Below are positions 8,385-17,601 of a stretch of 60,504 nt of DNA, piece after piece (the stretch's first letter is position 1; each line of letters begins with the position of its first letter). The notes under the pieces were generated by a model. It saw nothing but the letters and a program-made list of their open reading frames with translations, was not told where the DNA came from and did no database searches. The stretch is from contig CAXNEW010000006.1 in NCBI GenBank assembly GCA_964201665.1, positions 1-60,504 of the forward strand, given 5' to 3'. A program made the translations under genes and the position numbers. Source of the stretch: Bdellovibrionota bacterium. GTDB lineage: Bacteria; Bdellovibrionota; UBA2428.

Positions 8385-9997
8385 TATTCATCTCCCTCAA
8401 AAACAAAGTTTGGCCGCTGAAAGCTCGCAGGAGTTCTGACTTTAGTAGAAATAAGTGAGAACTTCCGCATACCGGCAGAAACTCCGACTTTGCCTTCCTC
8501 AAAAAGAGCCTTAACTGTCCACTCGTAATTTCCAGGAGGCGGGATATTTGTGACAAGTATTTCATTTGCCGAAGATTCTAACTGAATTTTAAAGGTAGAG
8601 CCTTTATCAGTGGACTGAATTTCAACTAAAAAACTCTTCGGCCGGTAGAATGAATTTTTTTCAAAATCCCAGGTAAATTTTAGACCCGACTTGTCGATCG
8701 CTGAAACACTCAAATTTCTGCCTGCAGAAGGCGAGATCAGCTGTGGAGGAGTCTTTAAAATTTCAGCCAAAGAAAACTTTGACGGATCAAAACTAAGTTC
8801 CGAAAAAGAACTCATTTGAGCACCAGGAAAAAGGGAGCGGGCCTGAATCTTGCCTTGTTTTAGATTTTTTATAAGACCAGATGCAATCTCGAGTTTCCAA
8901 AGGCCCAGCGGGGAAATTTGTTCTTTGGGAATCACAAATTTTTGTGAACCCAATAGTATTTCTATACCCACGGCCTGAGGGTCTTCATTTTTACCTGTCA
9001 AAAAAGATTTTTCCGGATCCATGGGGTCGAGAGACAGGCTTAAGTTTTTTGGCGCCAGTTTAGTAATATCGAGGCCCGCTTTTGGGGCTTCCTCTTGCAA
9101 AATTGATATTGAAGTCAATGCAATCAGCTGACTCTGCTTTTCACCCTCAACGAGTCGCCAAAAAAATTTCCCCGGTTTTTCAAAGGGAATTTCAAGAGCA
9201 GTGGAGTCCACAGAAAGAGGAAACTGGCCTAAAAGTTTCTTTTTTTTACCTGAAGAGTAAACTTGAATGGCTCGATTCAAGCTCGGGAGTGGATTGGTCG
9301 AGTCTACCCGGGTAATTTGAAAGGCTACTTTCAAGGGTTGGTCCCATTTAAATTTGAAAACTTGCCCAGGAGTTGGCGACAAGGCCTGCCACTGAAAAAC
9401 TTCAACTTTAATCTCTGATGTTTCTTGTGATTGAATGAGGCGCTCACCAGATTTCACTTCCTGTATTTTTCCCTCCGAACTCACAATTTTTGCTTGAGCT
9501 GCGCCCTGACTTTCCACTGAAATTTCACCTGTTTGAGCCTGCTTTTGAATGCGGACCCCGCCCTTATTCCCAACCGAAACAATCATCGTCTTACCCACTT
9601 GGGCTTCGACTTTTCCGGAGATGAAGAGATCACCACTCGCTAAATTTACTTTGAGCCCGCTTTCTCCAGTTTCTAAAACGGCAAGACTATCGGGCTGAAG
9701 CTCGATTGAACCCAGATCTTTCAAAGTGACCCGCGCAAAAGAATTTTCACCGGTTTTGAGTGTATCTTTTTCAAATATGGGAATTCCAGTTTGGGCAGCC
9801 ACCCAAAGCAAACGACTTCGTGGACGGCGGGAAACGTCAGAGATAGCGTTTTCAATCACACCAATTTGTTTTCCGCCGCCTGTGCCCGCGTCCTCTCTGT
9901 GTAAATCTCTGAAATAAAAGCCAATAAAAAGAATAGAAAAACCAAAGCCGATTGCCAAAAGAGGTAAAGATTTTGTTTTATTTTCAGTAAGGTCCAT
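8384..9997 (-). CDS. FecR-domain protein with C-terminal Fn3/Ig-like domains
   Basis: N-terminal TM; IFEKDTLKTGENSFARVTL..IELQPDS FecR pattern; PPQLISP..FTW..GNYEWTVKA. Confidence 0.75.
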   Translation of the reverse strand: MDLTENKTKSLPLLAIGFGFSILFIGFYFRDLHREDAGTGGGKQIGVIENAISDVSRRPRSRLLWVAAQTGIPIFEKDTLKTGENSFARVTLKDLGSIELQPDSLAVLETGESGLKVNLASGDLFISGKVEAQVGKTMIVSVGNKGGVRIQKQAQTGEISVESQGAAQAKIVSSEGKIQEVKSGERLIQSQETSEIKVEVFQWQALSPTPGQVFKFKWDQPLKVAFQITRVDSTNPLPSLNRAIQVYSSGKKKKLLGQFPLSVDSTALEIPFEKPGKFFWRLVEGEKQSQLIALTSISILQEEAPKAGLDITKLAPKNLSLSLDPMDPEKSFLTGKNEDPQAVGIEILLGSQKFVIPKEQISPLGLWKLEIASGLIKNLKQGKIQARSLFPGAQMSSFSELSFDPSKFSLAEILKTPPQLISPSAGRNLSVSAIDKSGLKFTWDFEKNSFYRPKSFLVEIQSTDKGSTFKIQLESSANEILVTNIPPPGNYEWTVKALFEEGKVGVSAGMRKFSLISTKVRTPASFQRPNFVFEGDE

Positions 9998-10009
9998 GGC
10001 TTCCGTGGG

Positions 10010-10074
10010 TTTTCGGCAGATTTGCAGATTTAAGTTAGCCAGAGTCTAAGGCTTTTGGTTTTTATCGCCGAATA
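10010..10074. promoter_or_regulatory. Back-to-back sigma28/FliA-type promoters
   Basis: Minus strand TAACT-N15-GCCGAAAA (10037-10010); plus strand TAAGG-N15-GCCGAATA (10047-10074). Confidence 0.65.
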
Positions 10075-10084
10075 GACATTTGCA

Positions 10085-11863
10085 ATGAGTCTACTTTTTA
10101 ATTGGGTTTTTGGTCGTCTCCGAAATAAAATTCTTTTAGCCTTTTCTGTGCTGCTAACGGCCGGGGTGGCTTCCGTTGTATGGGTTTCGACCAGTTTAAC
10201 TTTTAGAGACTCAATGAATTCTGCTTACGCAGCTGCCGCTGAAATTTCTAAGGGGCTTTTGATTCAATTTGAGCAAGAAGTGTTTCAGGCTCAGGTAAGG
10301 TCGCGTTTTTGGGTGATGCACACTCAGGAGACTGAAAAATTAACTCAGCTCGTGCAAGGGGATCCCAACATTGGGGGAATAGCGCTTCTAAATATTCCTG
10401 AAAGAAAAATCGAAGTTCAGGCCTATAATTCCGCCTTAAGTTCTCTTCATGCAAACCCTAAACTCAATTTGACGCCCGAAGAAATTGAGGTAATCGCTGG
10501 AAAGTTTAGTTTGGAAGAAGAAACGGAGGGTTTGTTCTACCAAGTGCAAAAAATTGGAGATCAAAACTTTCATCAAATCAGCCAAGCTCTAGTAGTTGAG
10601 GGTGGAAAACTTCAAAAAGTCCTACTTACCTTTCTGGATTCAAAGCCTTTGACCCGTTCATTTGAGCAGGCCGGAGTTTATGAAAAATTTCTTTTTGATA
10701 GTGAGGGGAAAATTTTATTGAGGTCGTTTGAAACGGGTGGGCTCGGTGCACCCGTGGACTCAACATTCCCAAAAGAGTTTATGGCCCCTATTCTTTCAGC
10801 GCCAAAACAATTTAACAATACTCAAATTCGCTGGGTAACCGCAGGAGAGATGGGTCAACCCTTCATTGGTCATACCTACCGATCTCAGATTCCGGGACTA
10901 AATGTCGCGGTTCTGAGTCCTACAGTCTCACTACTGGAAACTGTTTATGCAGTCGCTAGGAGATCTGTGTACCTTGGACTAGCAATTCTCAGTTTGGCCT
11001 TAGTTTTTGGGACCCTCTTTTCTGATTCCATAGTTAAACCCTTGATTGGCCTCTTGGAGGGAACATTGAGAATATCTAAAGGCGATTTTTCATTTCGCCT
11101 GAAGGCCCAAAGCCAGGATGAAGTTTCAAGACTCACAAATGCATTCAATTCAATGGCAGAAGGTTTAGCCGAGCGCGAACGTATCAAGGAAGTATTTGGC
11201 AAATTTCATTCTAAGGCCGTGTTTCAAAAACTTCTCAAAGAGGATCGAATTCGACTTGGTGGCGAGCGACTCCCAGTTACTGTTTTCTTTTCGGATATTC
11301 GTTCGTTTACCAGCAAATCAGAGGCCATGACTCCCGAACAAGTCGTTGAAATGCTCAATGAATACATGTCTGAAATGGTGAGTGTTATTGAAAAATATGG
11401 TGGTGTCGTTGATAAATACGTAGGCGACGCGATTATGGCAATTTGGGGAATGCCTGAGCCTAATCCGGCCGTAGATGCAGAAAACGCATTGCGAGCTTGC
11501 CTTGAAATGCGAGAAAAACTTGCTGAGCTCAATGAAAAACGGAAATCAAGGGGGCAGGATCTCATTGAAATAGGAATGGGACTAAACAGCGGCGAAGTTA
11601 TAGCTGGGAATATTGGGTCGCCCTCGCGGATGGAATACACTGTCATTGGCGATACCGTGAATACAGCGAGTCGAATGGAATCACTTACAAAAGAATTTAA
11701 AACGGATTTACTTGTTTCAGAAACTACACAAAATTTAATTATAGATAAAAATCAGTTTGCTTTTGAGGGTCCCTTTGAGGCTCATGCAAAAGGAAAAGCA
11801 GAAAAAGTCCAAATTTTTGGGTGCTCGGGCCCTCGAGCAAATCAAGTTTTAGATGCAGCCTAG
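10085..11863 (+). CDS. Class III adenylate cyclase with periplasmic sensor (Cache-like) and HAMP domain
   Basis: Two TMs; HAMP (DEVSRLTNAFNSMAEGL); FFSDIRSFT, VDKYVGDAIMA, EYTVIGDTVNTASRMES; K/T residues typical of ATP specificity. Confidence 0.93.
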   Translation: MSLLFNWVFGRLRNKILLAFSVLLTAGVASVVWVSTSLTFRDSMNSAYAAAAEISKGLLIQFEQEVFQAQVRSRFWVMHTQETEKLTQLVQGDPNIGGIALLNIPERKIEVQAYNSALSSLHANPKLNLTPEEIEVIAGKFSLEEETEGLFYQVQKIGDQNFHQISQALVVEGGKLQKVLLTFLDSKPLTRSFEQAGVYEKFLFDSEGKILLRSFETGGLGAPVDSTFPKEFMAPILSAPKQFNNTQIRWVTAGEMGQPFIGHTYRSQIPGLNVAVLSPTVSLLETVYAVARRSVYLGLAILSLALVFGTLFSDSIVKPLIGLLEGTLRISKGDFSFRLKAQSQDEVSRLTNAFNSMAEGLAERERIKEVFGKFHSKAVFQKLLKEDRIRLGGERLPVTVFFSDIRSFTSKSEAMTPEQVVEMLNEYMSEMVSVIEKYGGVVDKYVGDAIMAIWGMPEPNPAVDAENALRACLEMREKLAELNEKRKSRGQDLIEIGMGLNSGEVIAGNIGSPSRMEYTVIGDTVNTASRMESLTKEFKTDLLVSETTQNLIIDKNQFAFEGPFEAHAKGKAEKVQIFGCSGPRANQVLDAA

Positions 11864-11918
11864 TTAGCAGAGCGCTAAAACCGAGCGACTCGTTACAGAT
11901 TTTTTCTTGCGGTACACC

Positions 11919-11994
11919 GAAAAATAAAAGAGATACCTTCTTTGGGGGAAGAACCCGAGCCAGTCCCCCAAAGAAGGTATCTCTTTTATTTTTC
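11919..11994. repeat. Hairpin-element copy 3: perfect 31-bp inverted repeat, loop AGAACCCGAGCCAG
   Basis: Arms 11919-11949 and 11964-11994 are exact reverse complements; may also act as a terminator. Confidence 0.95.
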
Positions 11995-12037
11995 TTTCCT
12001 TCCTTCCTACCTACTTAGGAATTCTGAAAACCGTTTT

Positions 12038-12121
12038 GTCAGACTGATTACAAGTCTTAGGTTCCTAGGGGACTGGCTCGGGTTCTTCCCCTAGGAGCCT
12101 AAGACTTGTAATCAGTCTGAC
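12038..12121. repeat. Hairpin-element copy 4: 35-bp inverted repeat (one G-T pair), loop CTGGCTCGGGTTCT
   Basis: Arms 12038-12072 and 12087-12121. Confidence 0.95.
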
Positions 12122-12187
12122 TGCCGTAGCTCGATCGAGGACCAAATTCTCGATCAATCTAGAAATTTTTGTGGGGGGACTTTATTT

Positions 12188-13239
12188 TTATTCGACAATA
12201 TCTACGAACACTTTTTGAGTTACCGTTTGGGTTCCGTCTGAAACTTTCAAACTGAATGAAGTTGAACCCACCTTGAGGGGATGACTCGGTGTGGTTTTTA
12301 TCTCAAGGGTGCGATCTGAATCTTGAGACCCCAAGAAAATATTTGAGGGGTCAAGAATTGTTTTGTTTTCAATTTCCAAAATTAAATTGATTCCCGGTGG
12401 AAGTGTATCTGAATCGCTAATTGTGAATTTAAGTTTTGGGTGCCCCGAGAGAGAAGAAACTTTGAGCCTGTCGGGCAAGCCTTGAACTAAGGGAGGGGAG
12501 GGTGCTCCAAAATCAACATTTGTTTCAATTTCGTGGCGACTTTCGGCCCCTTCGGGGTCGCGCGCCTCAACAACTATGTAAAATTTCCCAGGATGGGAGG
12601 GCGGCTGGGAGATCAAAAGCTTTCTTTTTTTCCTTCCCCTTCAATTTTTAGGGAGCCCTCGGGAAATGCCGATGTCTGAGTTGCTCTAACTCGCGTGGTG
12701 ATTTCATTTTCATTGGACTCAACATCATTTACCCAGATTTCTAATGTGGGTTCATATTTTTTACCGGCCTTCAGGTCCAAGCGAGTGGGGCCTTGAATTT
12801 GGGGCGAATCATTCACAGCCTGAACAAAAACTTTAAAGATTTTTTCCTGAGTACTGTAGCCATTGTAAACAATAACCTTTATCAGGGCCTCACCGAAAGT
12901 ATCACTTTTTGAGGAAACCTCGACAGTAAAAACGCCAACTTCTTTTTGATACTCAACATTAGGATCAGGGACGATATCCCTATTTGAGGATCTGGCTTTA
13001 ATAACTAATTTTGAAGGATCTGATTCGGAACCCTTTACGGTAAATGGTAAATAGATAGGGTCTTGGTCTTCAAGTAAAATTTGATTTCCTAAATTCGAAA
13101 CGTCCACGGCTCTTTCTTTTAGGTCGGCCAAATTAAGGGAATTTTTGTCGGGAGTTAATTTTAGGGGTTGTGTGCAGGAAACCAAAATAAAAAGTATGAA
13201 AAAATGAATTTGGCTATTTTTGAAAAAAGTATTCCCCAT
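12188..13239 (-). pseudogene. Lipoprotein with tandem cadherin/Ig-like domains, split by a frameshift in an A7 run
   Basis: Lipobox LVSC; VQAVNDSPQI and LKVSDGTQT repeats; adding one A to the run at 12625-12631 joins ORFs 12613-13242 and 12188-12616. Confidence 0.7.
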
Positions 13240-13307
13240 CACTTCATTTTAATGTGATTCGGGGCTTTGAAAAGACCCCTTTGTCTTTTTCCTGTTAATA
13301 TATAGGG

Positions 13308-14504
13308 ATGTTTTCCCAGTTGCCAGCTATCTGGGTCGATCTTGATTCGCTTGGAAAAAATTTTGGAATTCTAAGAATGAGATCTCCAGGTGGGGTTGTT
13401 TTTCCTGTACTCAAGGCGGATGCCTATGGTCACGGGGCAAAAATTGTTGCTGAATTTCTTGAAAGAATTACAAAACCTACAGAATGTCCGTTCTTTTGTG
13501 TGGCTCGCTTCGGAGAAGCCTTAGAGGTTTTAAGATCCCAAAGGACGCGTGATGTTCTGATATTATCGGATCGTTTGAGTTCGGAGAATTATAAAAATCT
13601 CGATCCAAAGTTGGCCGAGCGAATAATTTGGGTTGTAAATGATTTTACCGATTTAAAAGACTTTTTGCCCATGAAACTAAAGCTCAGACTACACCTGAAT
13701 TTCAATACCGGAATGAATCGGCTGGGTTTGGAACCTGAATTGGTAGAACAAAAGGAATTTTGGGAAACATTGAGCCAATTGAATAGGGCAGGACATCAGT
13801 TCGAAGGCATTTTGAGTCATTTGAGTGATGGAGAAGAAGATCCAGTTGTTTTTTCTTCTCAGCAGGTAACTGTTTTTGAGCGAGTTGTAAATAGACTACA
13901 GGTGGATTGGCCAGCCAGAATGCCATCCGATTTTCCAAAATGGATTCATATCGAAAATTCAGGTGGAAATTTTTGGGCCGTTGGTAAAAAATTTTCTAAT
14001 GCAAGTCGTCCAGGTTTACATCTCTATGGAGTGATATCTAAACTGAGTTCCGAGTTTAAGGACCTTGGTCTTTCTCCGGTTCTCGAGGTGAGAGCACCTC
14101 TTCGAAAAATATTAAAGTTAAAAAAGGGTGATCGTCTAGGCTACAATCGAACCTATGAATGCACTCGGGAAAGTTTCATTGGGGTTGTGGGCCTGGGATA
14201 TGCTGACGGAGTCGCGCGGCGTTTTTCAAAATCAGATTCACCTCAGGTCGGTTTCTGGATTTATGGACAAAGGGCTCCGCTGGTTGGAGTGATTTCAATG
14301 GATTTATGTCATGTGGATCTTACAGACCACCCGCAAATTGAAAAATTGCTTGATCGCCCCCAAGGAGTTTTTGCAGAATGGCTAGGATCGCACCAAACAG
14401 CTTGGGATTTGGCCCACGTGTTGGGGACAATCCCTTATGAAATTTTAACATCGCTGGGACATCGATTGCCCCGTATCCCGGCAATCAAAAACAAAACACC
14501 ATGA
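13308..14504 (+). CDS. alr: Alanine racemase
   Basis: VLKADAYGHG PLP lysine motif; NTGMNRLG; GYADG; GTIPYEIL. Confidence 0.95.
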   Translation: MFSQLPAIWVDLDSLGKNFGILRMRSPGGVVFPVLKADAYGHGAKIVAEFLERITKPTECPFFCVARFGEALEVLRSQRTRDVLILSDRLSSENYKNLDPKLAERIIWVVNDFTDLKDFLPMKLKLRLHLNFNTGMNRLGLEPELVEQKEFWETLSQLNRAGHQFEGILSHLSDGEEDPVVFSSQQVTVFERVVNRLQVDWPARMPSDFPKWIHIENSGGNFWAVGKKFSNASRPGLHLYGVISKLSSEFKDLGLSPVLEVRAPLRKILKLKKGDRLGYNRTYECTRESFIGVVGLGYADGVARRFSKSDSPQVGFWIYGQRAPLVGVISMDLCHVDLTDHPQIEKLLDRPQGVFAEWLGSHQTAWDLAHVLGTIPYEILTSLGHRLPRIPAIKNKTP

Positions 14505-15274
14505 GCGCATCAAGGGCGATTCTGTCAAAAATTTCAGAAATTGGTGATTTTGGTTTGTTTGTTTGGGCCGCTGTGTCTCAATTTTTTAGAAAGCCACATA
14601 GATTCTCTTTGTTTATCGATGAACTCGAGTTTATTGGTAATCAAAGTTTATTTATTGTCTCACTTACGGCAACATTTTCGGGTGCAGTTTTTGCCTACCA
14701 AAGTTGGCTTGCCTTTGCGATGGTTGGCACTGAATCTCTGGTAGGTCCCTCGGTGGCCTTGTCTCTCGTTCGCGAATTGGCTCCTGTGATGACAGGTCTC
14801 GTGGTTACCGGTCGAGCAGGGGCCGCAATGGCCGCCCAACTTGGAATCATGAGGGTGACTGAACAAATCGATGCGTTGGAAGTCATGGGGATTTCTCCGA
14901 TTCAGTATTTGGTTTCTCCGCGAGTTCTAGCAGCAACAATTGCATTGCCCCTTTTGGTAGCGCTTTTTGGACTTATTGGAAATCTGGGAGGGTATATCGT
15001 CGCCACCTATGTGTGTGGGGTTGATCCAGGAATTTATGTTCAAAAACTTAAATTCTATATGGACCCCTGGGATTTTTATCATGGAATGATGAAGGGAGTT
15101 TTTTTTGGATTTCTCCTGGCCGCCATAGGTTGTTACAAAGGCTATCATGCAAAAAATGGAGTTGCCGGAGTAGGAAAAGCAACAAATGACGCCGTTGTTT
15201 ATTCCACCGTTACTATTTTAGTTTTGGATTATTTCTTAAGTGTACTCCTTCCGACGGGGAATCGAACTCAGTGA
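14501..15274 (+). CDS. mlaE: MlaE lipid ABC transporter permease
   Basis: RELAPVMTGLVVTGRAGAAMAAQLGIMRVTEQIDALEVMG. Confidence 0.95.
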   Translation: MSASRAILSKISEIGDFGLFVWAAVSQFFRKPHRFSLFIDELEFIGNQSLFIVSLTATFSGAVFAYQSWLAFAMVGTESLVGPSVALSLVRELAPVMTGLVVTGRAGAAMAAQLGIMRVTEQIDALEVMGISPIQYLVSPRVLAATIALPLLVALFGLIGNLGGYIVATYVCGVDPGIYVQKLKFYMDPWDFYHGMMKGVFFGFLLAAIGCYKGYHAKNGVAGVGKATNDAVVYSTVTILVLDYFLSVLLPTGNRTQ

Positions 15275-16065
15275 TGGCAACGAAGGGAAAGGTTCAATTT
15301 GAAAATGTCAAAGCAGAAGAAACCCTAGTTTGGTTACGTGCTGTAACTAAACAGTTTCCAGGTAACCCACTGCCGACGCTCGATTGCGTGGACTATGAAA
15401 TTTTTCCAGAGAAAATTCATACTATTCTTGGTTTTTCAGGAGGGGGCAAATCGGTCACTCTTAAGATGATTTTAGGCCTTTTGAAGGCCGACTCAGGTCA
15501 AATCCGGGTGCTAGGGCAAGATATGAGTAAGCTTGAGGGAAACGCGCTCAATTCTTTGCGTCGACGCTTTGGGATGCTTTTTCAGGGAGCTGCTCTTTTT
15601 GATAGCCTCACGGTTTTTGACAACGTTGCTTTTCCACTTCGAGAGTGCCGAAAAGACTGGGGAGAAGAAAAAATATCCCTGAGAGTCAAAGAACTTCTAG
15701 ACCAAGTTGAGCTTGACCTTGCAGCACAAAAAATGCCATCCGAATTGTCCGGCGGCATGAAAAAACGTGTGGCGATGGCTCGCGCCATCGCTCTTGAACC
15801 TGATCTCCTCTTATTTGATGAACCCACAACGGGATTGGACCCTGTAACAAGCGAAATCATTGATGACCTGATTGTTGACACCACTCGCAAATTGGCAGCC
15901 GGGGCATTGATAATTTCGCACAACATACACGCCGCCCTGCGTATATCTGATTTTGTAAGTATGATTGTGGACGGTAAAATCATTGAGAGGGGAACCCCCA
16001 GTCAGTTTGTTGAAAGTGAGGATCCAAGGGTGCGTCGATTTTTAAAAAGTGCGGGAGTTTTATGA
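15274..16065 (+). CDS. mlaF: MlaF ABC ATPase
   Basis: GFSGGGKS, LFQGAALFDSLTV, LSGGMKKR, DEPTTGLDP. Confidence 0.95.
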   Translation: MATKGKVQFENVKAEETLVWLRAVTKQFPGNPLPTLDCVDYEIFPEKIHTILGFSGGGKSVTLKMILGLLKADSGQIRVLGQDMSKLEGNALNSLRRRFGMLFQGAALFDSLTVFDNVAFPLRECRKDWGEEKISLRVKELLDQVELDLAAQKMPSELSGGMKKRVAMARAIALEPDLLLFDEPTTGLDPVTSEIIDDLIVDTTRKLAAGALIISHNIHAALRISDFVSMIVDGKIIERGTPSQFVESEDPRVRRFLKSAGVL

Positions 16066-17591
16066 GACCGCCTGGGCATGGCCTTACTCGAGAAATACAA
16101 GTTGGAATTTTTATACTCGCTGCTTGCCTCGTGGTTGTCGCTTTTTCATTTCGCATTACCGACACGCCGATTATGAGACGGGGAACTCAGCTTGTAACTT
16201 ATTTAGACGATGCTACTGGGGTTTTTAAAAACTCAAAGGTTAAACTTTCGGGAATTGATATCGGGGTAATTAAGGGAATCGAACTCGAAAATGGACGAGC
16301 TAAACTGACTTTGTTGATAAACAAAGGGGTTGAAATTCCAAACAATGCCCATATAGTTCCTCGGCCTTTAGGAATACTCGGAGATAAATACCTTGAAGTG
16401 GTGGTGCCTCGTGGTCCGAGTGAGGGGCCCCAATCTGGCCAGCCTATTTCAGATCCCGAGGCAGGGGCTTTTTTTAATTTCTCAATTTTTCCCGCGGCCA
16501 TGGCCCAAAATGGAAATACAAAAAAGGGGACCTACCGTGAAGGTGAAGTGATTCAGTCGCAAAATTCTGGCTCAAGTTTGGACGACATTACTCGCCAAAT
16601 GGGAAGTGTGGGAGAAGATTTAAAAGCGGTTTCAAAAGAACTTAGAAACATCGTTGAAGGCGGGGCAGATCCGAGAACACCTATCGGAAAAACCTTAAAA
16701 AATACAGAACAAGCTACCCAAACTTTGAACGAAGTGTTGAAAGAAAACAGAAGTGATTTACGTGATTTAGTTCGGGCATTGAAGAATTCATCCCAAAAAA
16801 TTGAAAAATCTGTCGAGGCCGTCGACACCGATGAATTTAAAAAAGACATTAAGCTCTTGGCCAAATCCGTTAGCAATGTAAACAAATCACTTGAAAACGT
16901 TGAAAAAATTACATCGAAAATTGAGCGCGGCGAGGGAACTCTTGGGAGACTCGTCAACGACTCCCAAGCGGCCGACCAGCTCGAAAGGGCTTTAAGATCA
17001 GTTAACCAAGTTATTGATCGCGCCCAAAGAACCCGGGCAATTGTAGACCTTTCTACGGATTACCTGAGTTCCTATTCAGATACCCGAACTGTGTTTTCCT
17101 TGGGACTTTTTCCCCGTGAGGATTCTGGTTATATCGGAGGCGTTACTTCTGACCCCTTTGGAACTCACGAAAGAATTGTAACTCGCACTTCTGACAATGG
17201 CGGAGTGGTAACCGAGCAAGAAGTTGTCACACAAAACAGGTCAGCTTTGAAGTTTTCTTTGCAGTATTTCAAACGAATTTGGAATTTTTCCCTGCGTATA
17301 GGGGTTTTTGAAAATTCGGGTGGTTTTGGATTTTCATATACCCTACCGCAAACAGGATCTGAGTTGGGTTTTGAAGTCTACGAACTCAGTCGGCAAGACG
17401 AACGGCCTCACCTAAACTTAAAATATATACAGCCGTTTTTTAGTTATTTCCATGCTAGCCTTGGCTTCTACGAAGCCTTAGCACGAAGTCAAATCCCCTC
17501 GCGCGGATATCAGTCGAGCTTTACACTCGGAATTGGTCTGCGGTTTTCAGACGAAGATCTTAAAACATTGGCTCTTTTTCCAACTCTTTAG
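16062..17591 (+). CDS. mlaD: Long MlaD/MCE protein with helical stalk and C-terminal beta-rich domain
   Basis: TM; MCE core (VKLSGIDIG..GILGDKYLE); coiled region with GEGTLGRLVND; beta-strand-rich tail. Confidence 0.9.
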   Translation: MRPPGHGLTREIQVGIFILAACLVVVAFSFRITDTPIMRRGTQLVTYLDDATGVFKNSKVKLSGIDIGVIKGIELENGRAKLTLLINKGVEIPNNAHIVPRPLGILGDKYLEVVVPRGPSEGPQSGQPISDPEAGAFFNFSIFPAAMAQNGNTKKGTYREGEVIQSQNSGSSLDDITRQMGSVGEDLKAVSKELRNIVEGGADPRTPIGKTLKNTEQATQTLNEVLKENRSDLRDLVRALKNSSQKIEKSVEAVDTDEFKKDIKLLAKSVSNVNKSLENVEKITSKIERGEGTLGRLVNDSQAADQLERALRSVNQVIDRAQRTRAIVDLSTDYLSSYSDTRTVFSLGLFPREDSGYIGGVTSDPFGTHERIVTRTSDNGGVVTEQEVVTQNRSALKFSLQYFKRIWNFSLRIGVFENSGGFGFSYTLPQTGSELGFEVYELSRQDERPHLNLKYIQPFFSYFHASLGFYEALARSQIPSRGYQSSFTLGIGLRFSDEDLKTLALFPTL

Positions 17592-17601
17592 GTGGGTATA
17601 A

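Noticed and set aside
3351-12121. Repeated 24-30-bp core as a CRISPR array
   Set aside because: Copies are dispersed and in alternating orientation, with no regular spacers and no cas genes.
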